From Podarcis filfolensis (Eukaryota): a stretch of 64,000 nt of DNA. Made by a program: the position numbers and the translations under genes. This document shows positions 13,010 to 22,975 of this stretch, piece by piece. Where the stretch lies: assembly GCA_964270895.1 (NCBI GenBank), contig OZ185443.1, one strand, 5' to 3'. Every line of letters starts with the position of its first letter. Position 1 is the first letter of the stretch. Under the pieces are notes generated by a model. The model saw only the letters and a list, made by a program, of their open reading frames with translations, ran no database searches and was not told the origin of the DNA.

Positions 13010-14290
13010 TTCGATACAGTTCTTCTCCTTGGGCGACAGTACCCGGTGCCGGGCAGTATTTTTAGCTCTGCTATCCAACAGCTGTTGCGCCAAAGCTCTC
13101 TGGAAAGGGGAGAAGTCTGCGTCTGCAGGACTCTGGTGCAAGTCCCGCTGCCCCCTCCGAACGCTGCTTGGAGCGAACGGGAACCGGCCACGAGCCGGGC
13201 TGGCGCAGGACGAGTCCCCAAGGGATCGCGCCTGCTTTGCTGTCTCTGGGGATTATTCTGTGCAAGAATCTCCCCACTGAAACGCGCGCGCGCAGCCACA
13301 GGTTGTGATGCTAGCCTCTGAGCTCGTGCAAAGCGCACTTTCCAGTATCCAGAAGAACAGAGAGAGGGCAGCCGCGCTCTCCCCACCTGCCACCCATCCG
13401 AAGAGCTTCCGCGCCCCGTCCCACCTTCCCGCCCAGAAAACGCAAGCGCCAGGCGACCTCCGCGCACGCCCTTGGCGAAAAACGCGTGGCGCGCGGGTGG
13501 GAGCCGCGGAAAAGCCAGGTGGAGCGCAGCTGTGCGCGCCGGGCTCCGCACCCCGGAGCAGCCCAGCCCGGGGCCGCGCGGCGGGGCTCCTTACGTTTCT
13601 CCTTCCTCTCTGGCTGCCCGTGCGGAGCAGCGGGTCGAGGTTGGTCATGCTGGGGGCGGCGCGGGGCCTTCTCCTCCGGCGCGCCCGGAGCACATGGACA
13701 GTGGCAGCGGCGGCGGCGGCGGCGCCCCGGTACCTGCTTGGCTGCGCCAGGGGGGCGGGGCGTTGCAAAGGTGGAGCGAGGCGAGGCGCCGCCGGGCCCC
13801 GCGGCTCAGCAGCCCGGGGGAGGGAGCGGCCCTGCACCGCCTTCTCCGCCAGATCCGGCCAACGCAAATTCGGAGCGGCGCCGGACTCGAGCCGCGCAGC
13901 CCCCGGGGCGCAGTCGGAGGCAGCCCGGGCTTCGCAGGCATGGTGGGGCGGGGGGGGCGAGACGCTTTGGGAAAGGGGGCTTCCCTCTGCCGTGCGCCGC
14001 CCCAAATAGCTTTGGCTAGTTGCTGCGGAGCCCCGGAGAGGGTCGCAAGATCACCCCTCAATGTCGGGCTGATTAGAAACATTCTCGAGTGGGTTGCCGG
14101 GGGTGTGGATGGATGCGAGGAAATCCCCGTCCACGAGACCGGGGGCGTCGGAGGCACTTCGCTTATTGCCTCCCGCTTCCCTTTGGTGAAAGAATCCGAT
14201 TGTTCTCGAGCACATGGCTGAGCTCCGCTTCTCAGCATGTTATGCAACGGCTGCGCTGCGTCACGTTACGTCCGATTAAGGAAAAGGGGG
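13010..14290. promoter_or_regulatory. CpG island / proximal SLC2A9 promoter
   Basis: Very high GC and CpG density against an AT-rich background. GC boxes near 13751-13760 and 13945, (CGG)n run near 13708-13724, C/EBP-like gttatgcaac at 14239-14248. Confidence 0.9.
13595..13648 (-). CDS. SLC2A9: SLC2A9 proximal alternative first coding exon (GLUT9a-like N-terminus)
   Basis: cccagcATG (A at -3) MTNLDPLLRTGSQRGRRN then donor gtaagg. Phase 0 joins DWS exon; basic end resembles human 9a GGRRRK|DWS; lies in the CpG island. Confidence 0.8.
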
Positions 14291-15014
14291 AAAAACGCCA
14301 CTCGCTTGTTTTGTGCACTGTGTAATGTTCTCAAGTAATGTCTGAAGGGGCAACATCTTCAGGAGCCGGGGGGGGGGTCTGCGTCGGGGAGTCAGGGCAT
14401 CATCACTCTTGCAGGTTACCTCCAGCCTGTTTGGCAGGAGGGAAGGGATTCAAGCGCATGCCAAAACTTTAGGCTTGCACATGCATGCCCCGTTGCCTGA
14501 GCGCAACAAAGCAACTTTAGAACATGAACTTTGCAGTCTGGAAAGCGATAGAAAGGCACTGGGGGAAATGTGGGGCAAACAAAGGGTTAACAGGACAACG
14601 TGCAAACATCCTAAAGCAAAGCCAGAGGAATGGTGGATGAATGTCATGGCCATGAACAGCCCCACATAGTAAGCACCCCTTTGCACCCAGTGGCCTCTCA
14701 GAGGAGAGTGGATGTGAACTGGGACTTTTTCACTTGTAAGCTTCAAATCGGTTTATGCCACAAATCAATATATAAAACTCTGATTTTAAAATGTTGGTTA
14801 TAATGTAGACACAACTTTTCTTCTTCCTTCTTGCTCCCATTAACAGTGTTTACATATAACACAAACACAACAATCCCCTATTGTAGCTGGATTGTTGTAG
14901 CTTTTAGTTTAGGAAAGGTATACTTTTTGTACTTTCTGCAATTTCAATTTTTACACTGTGGGGCGAGATTTGAATATTTTGAAACTATATCTGGTCCAGA
15001 ATTCAACAGTGACC

Positions 15015-15080
15015 ATGGAATCATAGAGTGGTAGAGTTGGAAGGGATCCCAAGGGTCATCTATTCCAACCCCCTGCAGAA
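15015..15080 (-). mobile_element. CR1 LINE 3' tail fragment
   Basis: catggaatcatagagtggtagagttggaagggatcccaagggtcatctattccaaccccctgc matches the other CR1 tails in the window. Confidence 0.7.
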
Positions 15081-15406
15081 ATGCCATAGTGGATCTGCAT
15101 CAGCACAGCCAGACACCTTCCTCTGCCCCAGCTGCAGCAAAATATGTCTCTCCTGTATCTGTCTCTGCAGCCACAGCAGGAACTGTAACTCTCCAATGGT
15201 TTGACTTCACCCCCAAAGGTGTACTCCTCCATTGTCTGCCAAGACAGATGCCAACAATAATAACATTACTGAGTCCTGGCCAGAAGAGGCAAGAGAATCC
15301 AACACTTTGTGTGTGAAACACACACACCATCCTGCCACACCCAGCTATAAATGCCTATCAGGCTACCAAGAAAGGCAGCTAAAGGACACCAATCCATTCT
15401 CAACTA

Positions 15407-15656
15407 CAGCCGTACATCGGCTCCTGAACACCTTGGGAGTCAAACGTTCTGGCTCCCGAATGATCGAAAACCAGAAGTGAGTGTTCTGGTTTTCCAACTT
15501 TTTTTTGAAGCCAAACATGTGGTGCGGCTTCCGCTATTGTTTCCCGCGTACCTGCGCAATCGGGAACCAATCAGAAGCCGTGCCTTGGTTTCTGAATTTT
15601 TCGAAAGTTGAACGGACTTCTGGAACAGATCCTGTTCGACTTCCGAGGTACATCTG
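15407..15656. mobile_element. Tigger/pogo-like MITE
   Basis: TA|cagccgtacatcgg ... ccgaggtacatctg|TA; internal ggaacagat motif shared with the 7300 and 12122 elements. Confidence 0.75.
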
Positions 15657-17445
15657 TACTTTGGGTGTGAGGGGGGGTTCACATTACAAGCTTGTTTTTA
15701 GCCCAGAAAACTAACACAGAGGTCCCAAAAGTATAGGTGCCTTGCAAATCCCTTGATTGGGTTGTTTGACATTTTGCAGTCATTTCTAGAGTTAAGGCAG
15801 AGTAGAATGAGTGCATGTCTGATTCTTTCAAAGTTTTCTTGTAGCACCTAAGGTGTTAAGGAAGATGTAGAATGATTTCGGGCAAAAAATAGAGATGAAA
15901 ATTTTCAAACAGAGTAGTATGAATTTTACACTTGACAGTTAATATTGCAAAAGGAACCATACTAAAATGCTTTAATAGCCCCTGAGGGCAAATTTGTTTG
16001 ACACACCCTGGACAAGTTGTGTAACTGATGGTGTTGAGACATGTGATGCTCAAAGGGATTCTTCCTCTTTTAAGTTTCACATTCTAAATTAACAGATTAT
16101 AAAACGTGAAGAGTTTACATAAGAAAACACTCTGATACACAACTTCATTTTATAGCCCCTTTCACTCAATCATTAATTCATTCAGTTTCTAATTCCATCT
16201 TACTCAAAATATATTTAGCAGTGACAATTATAGTGGTTGTGTACATGAATCTTATATGCAAAAGCTTCTTTTTGCATATACTGATTCTAGAATAATATAA
16301 AAAAGCCAACACTTTTCTACACCTTTCTCCCCCTCATATCTTGCATAGAACACAGAATTCCCTCCCCAGGCCTCTCCAGAGTCAGACATCACGATTTGTT
16401 CTTGTCCTGCCACTGGGCTGGGTATATACATTCATGTTTTCAACACCATTTGTGCCCACAAAAGTTTTGTGGCAGCCATATCGCTTTGTTTACAGTAGGT
16501 GAATGACCCATAGTTTCCTACTAAAATCGTGTAACTTTTTATACAACAATTATTCTGGGTGGGGGAGGTGTCCCATTTTTGTTGCACCATAGCACAAGAG
16601 TGCCCCCCAGGTAGCAAAAACACAGTAACTTTGGAGAAGGATTGCAGAGCGACTAATAAAGCACAGTGATGTGTGGATGGTCCAGTATAAATCCATCACT
16701 GATGCACTATTGTTATGTCAGCGACAAGTTGCATAATACACCTTCAGAAAAGCACTAGTCTGGAAGGGCCTTAAGTGATTTTCTTTCTAGCAAAGTGGAA
16801 AGAATAGATAAAGCAGTCCTTCCTGGTCAGTCTTGCACAGACCTTCCATTGTGTTACTTTGCTGCCTGGATTCTGTTTTGAACAGCGCAAGTCAACTTCA
16901 ACAGACTCATTGATGATAGAGACAAGCAACTGCGAGAAGAATGGAGAATATTTGCAGAAGGGTCCCTACCCTCAAGAATTCTAAATTGTCTTGTAATTGC
17001 AGGTCTCCAGTGTTCAACTTTGTGCTGAAAGCGAGCAACAGAAATCACCAAGGATCATATTCTGAGCCAAAGAAAAAAAAGAATGACCCTCAGCACCATG
17101 ACTGATTTTGAAGCCAAACCACAAGTTCTCCACGGTGTTTTGGAATCAGTCCTTTTTCTTCCTCTGCAATACCTTCTGGTTGTGATGATTTATTTCTGTT
17201 TGCATTATTTATGTCAGGGGTTTTTTTCCCCCATAAGAGAGTTTGCACAGCAAATATCCAGAGGTCCACAATTGTGCTCACCATAGAGCGTGCCCAAATG
17301 ACCTCTAGCATGTATGACAAGCCTCCATCTCTTTCCACAGCTACAAGGCTGTGGAAGCTGATCATTGCCCCAGCCCAGCCTCCCTGACCTGGTGGTCTGT
17401 TTTAGAAGTGCAGCACCAATCAGGGATAACACACGCAGAAAGAGA

Positions 17446-17581
17446 AAGAATTGTAGCGTTGGGAGGGACCATAAGGGTCATCTAGCCCAGCCCCCTGCAA
17501 TTCGGGAATCTTTTGTCCAATGTGGGGCTCAAACTCACAACCCTGAGATTAAAAACCTCATGCTCTGTCAACTGAGCTATG
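17446..17581 (-). mobile_element. tRNA-Lys-derived SINE with CR1 3' tail
   Basis: Minus strand atagctcagttgacagagcatgaggtttttaatctcagggttgtgagtttgagccccacattgg is a decayed tRNA-Lys(CUU), directly followed by a CR1 tail (gcagggggctgggctagatgacc...). Confidence 0.8.
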
Positions 17582-18299
17582 TAGTATCCCATCATCCAGG
17601 CTTAAGATTCCATCAAAGAACGCTGGCTGTGCAGCCAATACAAAGAAGATCAAGGACACAATCCAGTTCCTCCTCTCCTAGTGCCCAAGGTGTGTAGACA
17701 AGCTAGAAGCTGTTGGACCACTCCAATCAATCACAGCAGCCTTGGCAGTTGTACCATGTTCCATGAGGTCCATGAGGCCACTGGTAGCCCAGCTCCTGTG
17801 TCTGCCAGCTCTCAGCTGCCCTTGCTGGCAGCCGAAGGGGGGAGCTGCAAATTTGCAAGTGTGTGTCAAGTCACATCCACATGGATGCATTTAAATCAGC
17901 AGTCATGTCTTACTCCCAAAGAATACTGAGAACTTTGTGAAGGGTGCTGGGAATCGTAGCTCTGTGAGGGGTCCCCTCATGACACTCAGCACCCTTCATA
18001 AACTATAGTTTCCAGGACTGTGAGGGTGGGGAAGGCATGACTGTGAAATTGGTACAAGAGTGCTTTAAATGTTTAGTGCAGATAAAACCAAAATCTAAGT
18101 GACGCTAGGAAAAAGCTGAGAGCTTGGCAAAATGAGCGCAAAACCCTGAAAAATCATAATCTAATGTCTATCCATTGTATAATATTTGAATTTAAAGAAA
18201 TTGGCCATTATCAATAACTGCATCCCTTTGCTTCTAAACTGAGTGTACCATTAACACATTTAGGTACTGTATTTCAAAGTGTAAAAATGTATGACTTAC

Positions 18300-18398
18300 C
18301 ACTTTCTTCTTGACTGCAGGATTATCTTTACTCTCACCATTACTTTCCTCTTTAATCTTCACTCCATCAATCTCCATTATGTTTTCTGTTGAAGACAT
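18300..18398 (-). CDS. SLC2A9: SLC2A9 distal alternative first coding exon (GLUT9b-like N-terminus)
   Basis: MSSTENIMEIDGVKIKEESNGESKDNPAVKKKV then strong donor gtaagt. Phase 0; resembles human 9b ...EESDSAKKKL|DWS. The second in-frame ATG (18375-18377, ataATGG) has the better Kozak context. Confidence 0.8.
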
Positions 18399-18988
18399 GA
18401 AAAAGTTTTGGCAATTAATTCTCTTAAAATCTGCTGGCAGGTATACTGCCACATGAGGAGATCTGCAAGTCACATCAATTGCTGGAGGTTATTTAAAAAT
18501 GTAAAAATTCAGAATAGAAGGCCTTGGTTTTGTGCAGCAAAAACCTCACACAAGTAGCACCATCATTATACACAGCATCAAGGAACGGCATCTTTCAGGA
18601 CCCTGTGGGTCCTGACTTTCATTTCAGGGGAAAAGGGGAGATTTATCTACATTTATAGATGGGGGGGGGGAGAGAATATTTGACCTTGCCTGATATCAGA
18701 ACATTGGACCATGCAGACACAGAAAGGACCACACTTCCTGCAGCTGCTGAGCAGAAGAAGGAAATTCAGCAGCTGGAGCTTGTCAATTCCCTTTCCTAAG
18801 GAACTGTTAAAGATGCAGGAACCAGCTGTTCTTCAAGGGCTAAGGAAACTGAATGCCACATATTGATTTTAATTAACCAAATCTTTTATCGGTGTTTCAC
18901 TGTGAGCCTCTAGTTTTTATGTAAGACTGGTGTGAGGAATCTTTGGCCTTCCAAATGCTGCTGAATTACAGCTCCCATCATCCTTGGT

Positions 18989-19124
18989 CAGGCACAGGCA
19001 AACTCGGCCCTCCAGATATTTTTGGCCTACAACTCCCGTGATCCCTAGCTAGCAGGACCAGCAGTCAGGGATGATGGGAATTGTAGTCCCCAAACATCTG
19101 GAGGGCTGAGTTTGCCTGTGCCTG
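18989..19124. mobile_element. 136-bp hAT MITE
   Basis: TIRs caggcacaggcaaactc / gagtttgcctgtgcctg; 8-bp TSD tccttggt. Confidence 0.92.
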
Positions 19125-19323
19125 TCCTTGGTCATTGGCTGTGCTTGCTGGGGCTTATAGCAAAAGCTCTCCACACTTGCTGTGATGTATTAACATTGGG
19201 ATAGTTGTGTGTGCGTATAACAGCAGCAGTTTTCAAGCAGCGATTATTCAGAGTACCAAGAAATTTGATTCATATCCTAATTAAGCAGTGACACATTTCT
19301 TTGCATCCGGGAAAGGAAGAATG

Positions 19324-19666
19324 CATAGCTGTCAAGCGTCCCTTATTTGGCGGGACAGTCCCTTATCCCAGCGCCATGTCCTGCTGCTGTCCCTTACTGA
19401 TGATGTCCCTTTAAATAAGCTACTGAAGGTAATGGGGCCCTTTCTATGTCCAGCTGCCCTTTGTCAACAACAAATTGTTGTTGTTGTTTTTTTGTTGAAT
19501 ATATGCTATATGGTAATTTATGGACCTAATAGGTATCTAAAGCCATTTGCATGCAACAAAATATGTATTTTATCAAAGTAATTGTTGATCTCTTATTTTG
19601 ACTGCTGATCCCTTATTTTCGAGGCTGCTGGTCCCTTATTTTCAAATCTGCAAGTTGACAGCTATG
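19324..19666. mobile_element. CATAGCTGTCAA-TIR MITE (hAT-like)
   Basis: TIRs catagctgtcaa / ttgacagctatg, subterminal tccctta repeats, flanking direct repeat ggaagaatg. Confidence 0.85.
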
Positions 19667-20129
19667 GGAAGAATGCTTCATACTGTCGAAACCCCAGCAG
19701 GAATTAAAGTTGATGGCTCTAATTACAATGCTGAAGTTGTGTTAAAGCCAAGATGGCAGCACTGTTCTCCTGGAAAGACAATCAAACACATGCTATCAGG
19801 GCTGCCCAAAAGCCATTACAATACGGTGCTTAAGATTCATTATTATTCTATGGGATGGGAATGCCATCTGTGTAACACTTGAGAGATCCAGCCTATGGAT
19901 ATTCAGTTTAGTTCTGCACCAACTTTTAGCACCCAAACCTTATTAGCCAGATTAAATGGCAATATTTATGTATATAATACTTTTGCTGTCTTCAAAGGTA
20001 ACATCCATATTATTACCAGGAACTAGAAACTTTACAAATTAGCGCATACAATCAACCTCAGTTGATATTAGAAGTTGTAGCTTGATCTACTTTATGCCAC
20101 AGTTAGGATGTCCTGTTCTGCTATCCCTT

Positions 20130-20228
20130 CAGTGCCGGATTTACGTATAAGCCAAGCAAGCTATAGCTTAGGGCCCCACCCCCTTGGGGGGCCCCAAAAA
20201 ATTAAAGAAAAACCTAAATTTGGCCCTG
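20130..20228. mobile_element. 99-bp hAT MITE
   Basis: cagtgccggattta ... taaatttggccctg; 8-bp TSD tatccctt. Confidence 0.85.
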
Positions 20229-20500
20229 TATCCCTTGCCTTTTAAACGAGAGGTAGAGGTATTTTATTCTCTCTCACTGACATTAACGGGGCTCACTGTG
20301 TCTGCCTGGATCTGCCCTCCCCCCCCTTCCCACTGCTCCTTCCCCGCCTCTGTCCTTGTACAATTAGGGATTTCAAATCCCACAGAGACCCAAGGCTGTA
20401 CCAAGACTTCTTCACTAGGTGGAGCTGCCACATTCTGTGTGGAGCTTCAAAGAAAGAAACAGAAAACCAGCAATGGATATTTCAATGTCTATGCATTGTT

Positions 20501-20791
20501 GGGATGCGGATGGCGCTGTGGGTTAAACTACAGGGCCTAGGACTTGCCGATCAGAAGGTCGGCGGTTTGAATCCCCGCGAGGGGGTGAGCTCCCGTTGCT
20601 CGGTCCCTGCTCCTGCCAACCTAGCAGTTCAAAAGCACGTCAAAGGGCAAGTAGATAAATAGGTACCGTTCTGGTGGGAAGGTAAACGGCGTTTCCATGC
20701 GCTGCTCTGGTTCGCCAGAAGTGGCTTAGTCATGCTGGCCACATGACCCAGAAGCTGTATGCCAGCTCCCCCGGCCAGTAAAGCGAGATGA
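20501..20791 (+). mobile_element. Sauria SINE, 3'-truncated
   Basis: Head gggatgcggatggcgctgtgggttaaac, B-box gtttgaatcc, body homologous to other copies. Confidence 0.88.
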
Positions 20792-20825
20792 AGTACTTCA
20801 AGCACCAACATCTTTATAACAGCCC

Positions 20826-20975
20826 TTTGAAGGCAGCCCTGTTTAGGGAAGTTTTTAATGTTTGATGTGTTTTATTGTGCTTTTAATATTCTGTTGGGAT
20901 CCACCCAGAGTGGCTGGGAAAACTAGATGGGCAGGGTATAAATAATAAATTGTTATAATGATAATAATGATAATG
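20826..20975 (+). mobile_element. L2 3' tail
   Basis: tttgaaggcagccctgtttagggaag...cacccagagtggctggg...gggtataaat plus (TAA)n-like tail. Confidence 0.7.
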
Positions 20976-22070
20976 ATTAAAACACCTTCTTAAAGGCAAC
21001 TTTGGCTGGAGACCCTGGAAAGCCACCAGCACCAGTCAGCGCTGAGCTAGCTAAACAACTTGTCTGAAGGAAGCTTCTTAGAGTCATTGAGTGATAACTA
21101 CTTTTGAGCACTCTGCACTGCCCAGTCACTTTGGCTAAAGGTCCCCCTGCCCCAGTGACTTGGGTATGGTACAATGGATAATGATCTGCAAAGTTCTTGT
21201 GCATGTGTGGTCACTATCCTTTTGGGGGTACAAACCACCGATAACTTCTTTTTATTAAATTTGTATGTCGCCCTTCATCCGAAGATCACAGGGCGGTTCA
21301 CAACACAAAGGTACAAAATGAGAACACAAAATTCACAATAAAACGACAATAAACCCATAACCCCCCTTCTGCGAGCTCATTATTAATTATTGTGTCAACA
21401 CAACAGCAAATTCTCCTGAATTGCCATGAGTTGCATCTAAGATCGTCTCAAGTGCAGACCCATAATATAACACATATTGTGATTGCAGTAAAAGGATTTG
21501 ATACAAATTTCCTTAGAGTAAAAAAATGTTGCTTGCTATGCCCAGTCTTAAATTTGATAATACATAAATTTATTCACAACACAATCCAGCCAGAGTGAAA
21601 CACTTCAATATTCTCTCCATTTCATAGGTAGATAGCTAAGCACAGCACAGGGTCTAAATTGCTAAGCAATTGATTTAATAGGCCTTCGAAATCTCCCCTG
21701 ATGACTGGTGCTGAGGACTGGCTGGCAGAACTACTAGAAATTCTATTCTACGAGTATTTGACACTTAAATGAAGGAATACCTTATATTCATTTAATAGCA
21801 CGGGATATGGGATATCTTTCTGTACTGAAGCTGTACATTTTCCTAAAGCAAGTCATTGTGACTCAATAGCTCATTTGCTGCTTGCCAGATGACAACCAAC
21901 CATTTCTCTTTCACTCCTTTTTTCTTTTTCCATTTATCTTTTTATTTACGCAGATAAAGACTAGACTCTCAGCAAGTTCACGGAGATCAAGCAGATAGCA
22001 ACGAGGACATAACTTAATTATAAGGTGTTTCTTTTGTTCCAGATAATTTCATATCTAGAAAGCGATACTG

Positions 22071-22167
22071 GGTGATACCCAACTAAGTCATACAGATTGA
22101 AATCAATGGGCTTAAGTTCATTGACATAAACAGGTCGACTCTGAATATGACTTAGTTGGATATCACC
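22071..22167. repeat. Old palindromic repeat (related copy near 43960-44090)
   Basis: 22-bp arms ggtgatacccaactaagtcata / tatgacttagttggatatcacc with 1 mismatch. Confidence 0.65.
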
Positions 22168-22719
22168 TGATGTGTTTGTATTTCTGAATTTCAAGTTTTG
22201 TTTTAATCTTAATATTATTTTAAAAAAAACACCAAAAGAAGCATGGAGCAGATTATTTTTAGTAACATACTAAAAAACAAACTACTATTTTAAAAAATCT
22301 TCTGCAATTGAAATTACGGTAACTGAACTTTGACATTGTTATCTTTAAGTAGGTTCTTTCTGATTTTTACAGTTTCTGCAGGAATAGAGCAAACATAAAT
22401 AAATAAGAATCATTGAATCAAAGCGGTGGAAGGGACTCTAAAGCTTATTAGTTCAGCTCTCTGCACTGCAGAAATCCCCACTAAAGCATCCATGACAGAT
22501 GGAGAGATATTTTTTTTTTTTAAAAAAGACAGTATTCAAACTTACAGAACGTAGCACAGTATTTATTTGACTTTTTAAATGCATGTACTACTCTTCAGCA
22601 GTGCTTTTGGGGAGGTTCAAATGATTTTTTAAAAACCACCTCATACACATCTACTCAGAAGTAAGTCCTACTGAGATCTCCCAGGTTGCAGAGTTAAAAG
22701 CCTAGAAGCACTGAAGTAT

Positions 22720-22975
22720 TTGAGGTTGAAATACAGCTTCTGTTGGCATTAGGCAAGCCTCTCTCGGAAAGGAATTCCACAATGGGGCACTAGTACCAAA
22801 AACGGGCTCTCAGATCACCACCCATCTCCCTTAGATTGACGGGGGCCTCTGAAGACTTCAGTTCTCAAACAGGTTGACGTGGGAGTAAATATCATTTCAG
22901 ATACTTGGGCCTCAAGTCATGCAGGGCTTTAAAGGTAAGCATCAGAACTTTTGATTGTGCTCAGAAAACAGCACA
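22720..22975 (-). mobile_element. Degraded L2 3' region
   Basis: ggaattccacaatggggc and gggcctcaagtcatgcagggctttaaaggt are reverse complements of L2 ORF2 C-terminal motifs (FKALHGLGP, APxLWN). Confidence 0.6.

Noticed and set aside
13006-14325. Multiple 180-250 aa ORFs on both strands as independent genes
   Set aside because: Low-complexity Ala/Arg/Gly/Pro translations typical of CpG islands, most with non-ATG starts; only the 54-bp SLC2A9 exon has splice and homology support.
17520-17581. tRNA-Lys gene
   Set aside because: Anticodon loop and B-box are mutated, the acceptor stem is incomplete, and it is fused to a CR1 tail, so it is a SINE.
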